From positions 1-28,253 of the IMG/VR virus record IMGVR_UViG_3300027563_000034: 28,253 nt of DNA; one strand, given 5' to 3'. The notes under the pieces were generated by a model. It worked only from the letters and a program-made list of their open reading frames with translations, ran no database searches and had not been told where the DNA came from. A program made the translations under genes and the position numbers. Positions 25,965 to 28,253 of the stretch are shown piece after piece; the stretch's first letter is position 1; each line of letters opens with the position of its first letter. The stretch is from a virus. Its lineage: Duplodnaviria > Caudoviricetes.

Positions 25965-26611
25965 ATGAACACTATGAAAGTAAAGGTTGAGATCAATCCT
26001 GCTACTGGCCAATGGAGGTATTACGATTCCGTTATACAGCAATACTCATCTGAGGAATGGCCAACCAGGAAGAAAGCCTTTGCTATGTCAAATAAATATT
26101 ACGATGTGATGTATAAACCATGACATGCACAAAATACGGATGCGACTATCAATTAGACCTTGATGGACAAGTAACCTGTGCTGTCTGTGGGGCTATGGAT
26201 GATGACAAGCAGCCTGTAGATATCTTTGAGTCTCAGGTAGACTTTGAGTAATGACTCTGATATAATAGTATGATGGAAATAATTATAATACTACTTACTT
26301 GGTATACCACCAAATATTACTACACGAGAAGCCTTAAACTCTCAATGCCTGTTTCAGATCCAAACCTTATACAGATTCAATGCCATAAGTGTGCTCAAAC
26401 CGTAGTAACCCATAGAGACAATCTCCGTGCCCCATTCTACTGTTTGGCATGCAAGTAAGTCATGGATAAGTTAGAGTCCTCTTGGAGCCTATATGCTAAG
26501 AAGATTGATTCTTACAGGGTAGCCTGTAGCCAATGTGATCAACTATATGTAAAGGCTAATGATGATCCCTTTGTATGTCTTACTTGTGCTGCTAATAAAA
26601 GATTACGATAA
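25965..26611 (+). CDS. Four small ORFs: 25965-26123, 26120-26251, 26273-26458, 26462-26611 (three with CxxC-type pairs)
   Basis: TTGACA-N17-TATGAT-N6-ATG at 25930-67; TATAAT-N6-ATG at 26273. Confidence 0.55.
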
Positions 26612-26917
26612 ATCTTTTGCTGCCTTGTTAACCATACGAATCAAAGCCTTTCGAGTTATCTTCGACGCATCAAATGTCTCAGTATATCCACCTTGTGGCA
26701 TATCTTCCTTAGTCAGATAGTATCCATGCTTTTGTCTTAGTGTGTTTAGTACTATAGTTTCTATTGCTCTTGCTCTATCCCGTTCAGAAAATGACCAATA
26801 CTTTATCAATATCCAACCTTTATTTCTATGCTTTGCAAACCTTCTGCCTGAAACATCAGATATCCCTATCTTAATAGCCTTATGTATGGGGCTATAGAGT
26901 ATGTATAGTAGGGTCAT
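26603..26917 (-). CDS. GIY-YIG-like (T5orf172-type) nuclease-domain protein
   Basis: LYIL...IKIGIS...RF..H...IE...GYTETF; leaderless start. Confidence 0.6.
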   Translation of the reverse strand: MTLLYILYSPIHKAIKIGISDVSGRRFAKHRNKGWILIKYWSFSERDRARAIETIVLNTLRQKHGYYLTKEDMPQGGYTETFDASKITRKALIRMVNKAAKDLS

Positions 26918-26965
26918 AAGTCTATTATACTTGACATACCGTGCACAATGCGCTATACTTAAAGT

Positions 26966-27157
26966 ATGAGCATAGACGAAATGACATTAAGAGAAGAAAT
27001 TGCCAGAGAGATTGAAGATCAAATAGATGGGATCATGCCACCTGTAGATGAAATTGAGGTTGCTGTTTATCATGCACTTACTTGGGCTGCTGGAATTGCA
27101 AGAGGAAAAGACAACTATATGACTAATATTTTTGAAACACAGATAGATTTTGAATAA
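26966..27157 (+). CDS. Hypothetical protein (LREEIAREIE...AAGIARG)
   Basis: TTGACA-N17-TATACT-N6-ATG. Confidence 0.65.
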   Translation: MSIDEMTLREEIAREIEDQIDGIMPPVDEIEVAVYHALTWAAGIARGKDNYMTNIFETQIDFE

Positions 27158-27467
27158 GTTGAAGCATTCAACAAAGATAGAAAAGACTAAGATACTTCCA
27201 TTACGATGGATAGGTAATTTTTGTGGGGAATATGCAGGTAATCACCTTGTTAAGGCTATTGATTTAGATGAGGCATTAGATAGCAATTTAGGATTTCGTT
27301 ATAAATACCACGCAAAAATGTGGAAGTATCTTAACAAGCCTTACACTTGGTGGGGAACATACTATGAACTTGACATCAAAGGAATGATGGATGATTTAAA
27401 ATTAGATGGTGCTGGTTGGGATGACTACGACGAGTTTGGTAAAGCATATTGGGACAAAGATGAGTAG
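27150..27467 (+). CDS. Hypothetical protein
   Basis: ORF track. Confidence 0.6.
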   Translation: MNKLKHSTKIEKTKILPLRWIGNFCGEYAGNHLVKAIDLDEALDSNLGFRYKYHAKMWKYLNKPYTWWGTYYELDIKGMMDDLKLDGAGWDDYDEFGKAYWDKDE

Positions 27468-27564
27468 GCTTGTTGTTTGTCCCGTTTGTAAAAAAGAATG
27501 GGATTTACGATGGGGAATTATGGCAAACGAGTCATTATCAAGACACATGAAAGATCACAATTGA
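27460..27564 (+). CDS. 34-aa C2H2-type zinc-finger peptide
   Basis: MSRLVVCPVCKKEWDLRWGIMANESLSRHMKDHN. Confidence 0.5.
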   Translation: MSRLVVCPVCKKEWDLRWGIMANESLSRHMKDHN

Positions 27565-28010
27565 AACCAATAGCACATATATACGATGTAGATGGAACTC
27601 TTGCAAATGTAGATCCATTTCTTCATTATGTTCGTGGATCTAATAGGGATTATGATGCCTTTCATGAGGCCTCTATAGATGCCCTGCCAAATGTAGAAGT
27701 AGTTGAGATGTTAAATAATTCTGTTTCTGATATGCATGCAATACTTATTGTAACATCTCGTAAAGAAAAGTATCGTGGGCTAACATCTATGTGGCTTGCC
27801 AAAAATAATATTAGATCACACGGCTTATTTATGAGGGCAGATAACGACAATAGACCAGACTATGAGGCCAAGAAAGATATACTTGATAAGATATTAGAAC
27901 TTTGGACTGTTGAACATGCAGTAGATGATAATCCAAATGTTATAAGACTTTGGGAAGATCATGGGATCCCTACAACTAAGATAGGCACTTGGGATGGGCA
28001 AAAAGGATAG
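27561..28010 (+). CDS. HAD-family phosphatase resembling the 3'-phosphatase domain of T4 PNK (PseT)
   Basis: DVDGTLA, VTSR, LFMR..ND.RPD...K, VDDNP.V; no kinase domain. TTG start. Confidence 0.8.
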   Translation: MKPIAHIYDVDGTLANVDPFLHYVRGSNRDYDAFHEASIDALPNVEVVEMLNNSVSDMHAILIVTSRKEKYRGLTSMWLAKNNIRSHGLFMRADNDNRPDYEAKKDILDKILELWTVEHAVDDNPNVIRLWEDHGIPTTKIGTWDGQKG

Positions 28011-28198
28011 TGAAACAGGCAAACGATAAAGACTCTTTGCATAAACAGAATAGGGCTGAAAGAAATACTCAAAGAATTAAAGCAAAGCCCAAGATGTCAA
28101 AGCAAGAAAGAATAGAACAGCGTCTTCGTGAAGAAATAATTAGAACATCCATAAACGAGATGGTTAAAGAAATTAACAGCAAAGAAACTAAACAATGA
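28010..28198 (+). CDS. Basic hypothetical protein
   Basis: GTG start after AAAGGA. Confidence 0.45.
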   Translation: MKQANDKDSLHKQNRAERNTQRIKAKPKMSKQERIEQRLREEIIRTSINEMVKEINSKETKQ

Positions 28199-28253
28199 GT
28201 TTATTATATTTATTATAGGTGTCTTTCATTTGTGGATGTGATCTAAGATATTC

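Noticed and set aside
113-27850. Antisense or alternate-frame ORFs in the track (e.g. 113-322, 1009-1338, 1246-1479, 5694-6050, 11576-11887, 15998-16198, 21506-21841, 22592-23140, 27662-27850)
   Set aside because: They overlap better-supported genes, lack an RBS or promoter, or merely mirror repeats.
11634-28198. Stop-codon recoding as the explanation for the many tiny ORFs
   Set aside because: Successive ORFs usually change frame through TAATG/ATGA overlaps, have their own RBSs, and use all three stop codons; long genes read normally in code 11.

Overview
A segment of a large, AT-rich dsDNA phage genome. The host is probably a low-GC actinobacterium; this is inferred from the PASTA domains, Gp88-like and DUF932 genes, pervasive leaderless genes and Crp/WhiA-type boxes. 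Bases 1-9011 hold a signal-peptide-bearing lytic transglycosylase (+) and a minus-strand block of virion, tail and collagen-repeat genes, including a 672-aa PASTA-FN3-TSP1-like repeat protein. Bases 9041-11340 hold DHH-like and HIT-like hydrolases and small ORFs. From about 11340 onward there are dozens of tiny, tightly coupled, mostly + strand genes. Recognisable ones are Gp88-like, DUF932, tRNA-Asp, PnuC-like, 2OG-Fe(II) oxygenase, GIY-YIG and a PseT-type phosphatase. The most striking content is non-coding: (1) repeated intergenic cassettes carrying 8 perfect TGTGA-N6-TCACA (Crp-type) boxes, DnaA boxes, CGACACGC and CCTAGC motifs; (2) nine promoters with TGTCAG exactly 10 nt before the -10 hexamer; (3) five copies of a covarying H-type pseudoknot just after stop codons; (4) several small-RNA candidates; (5) an iteron- and DnaA-box-rich candidate origin at 23.04-23.95 kb. 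All calls were made by eye, with no database searches.
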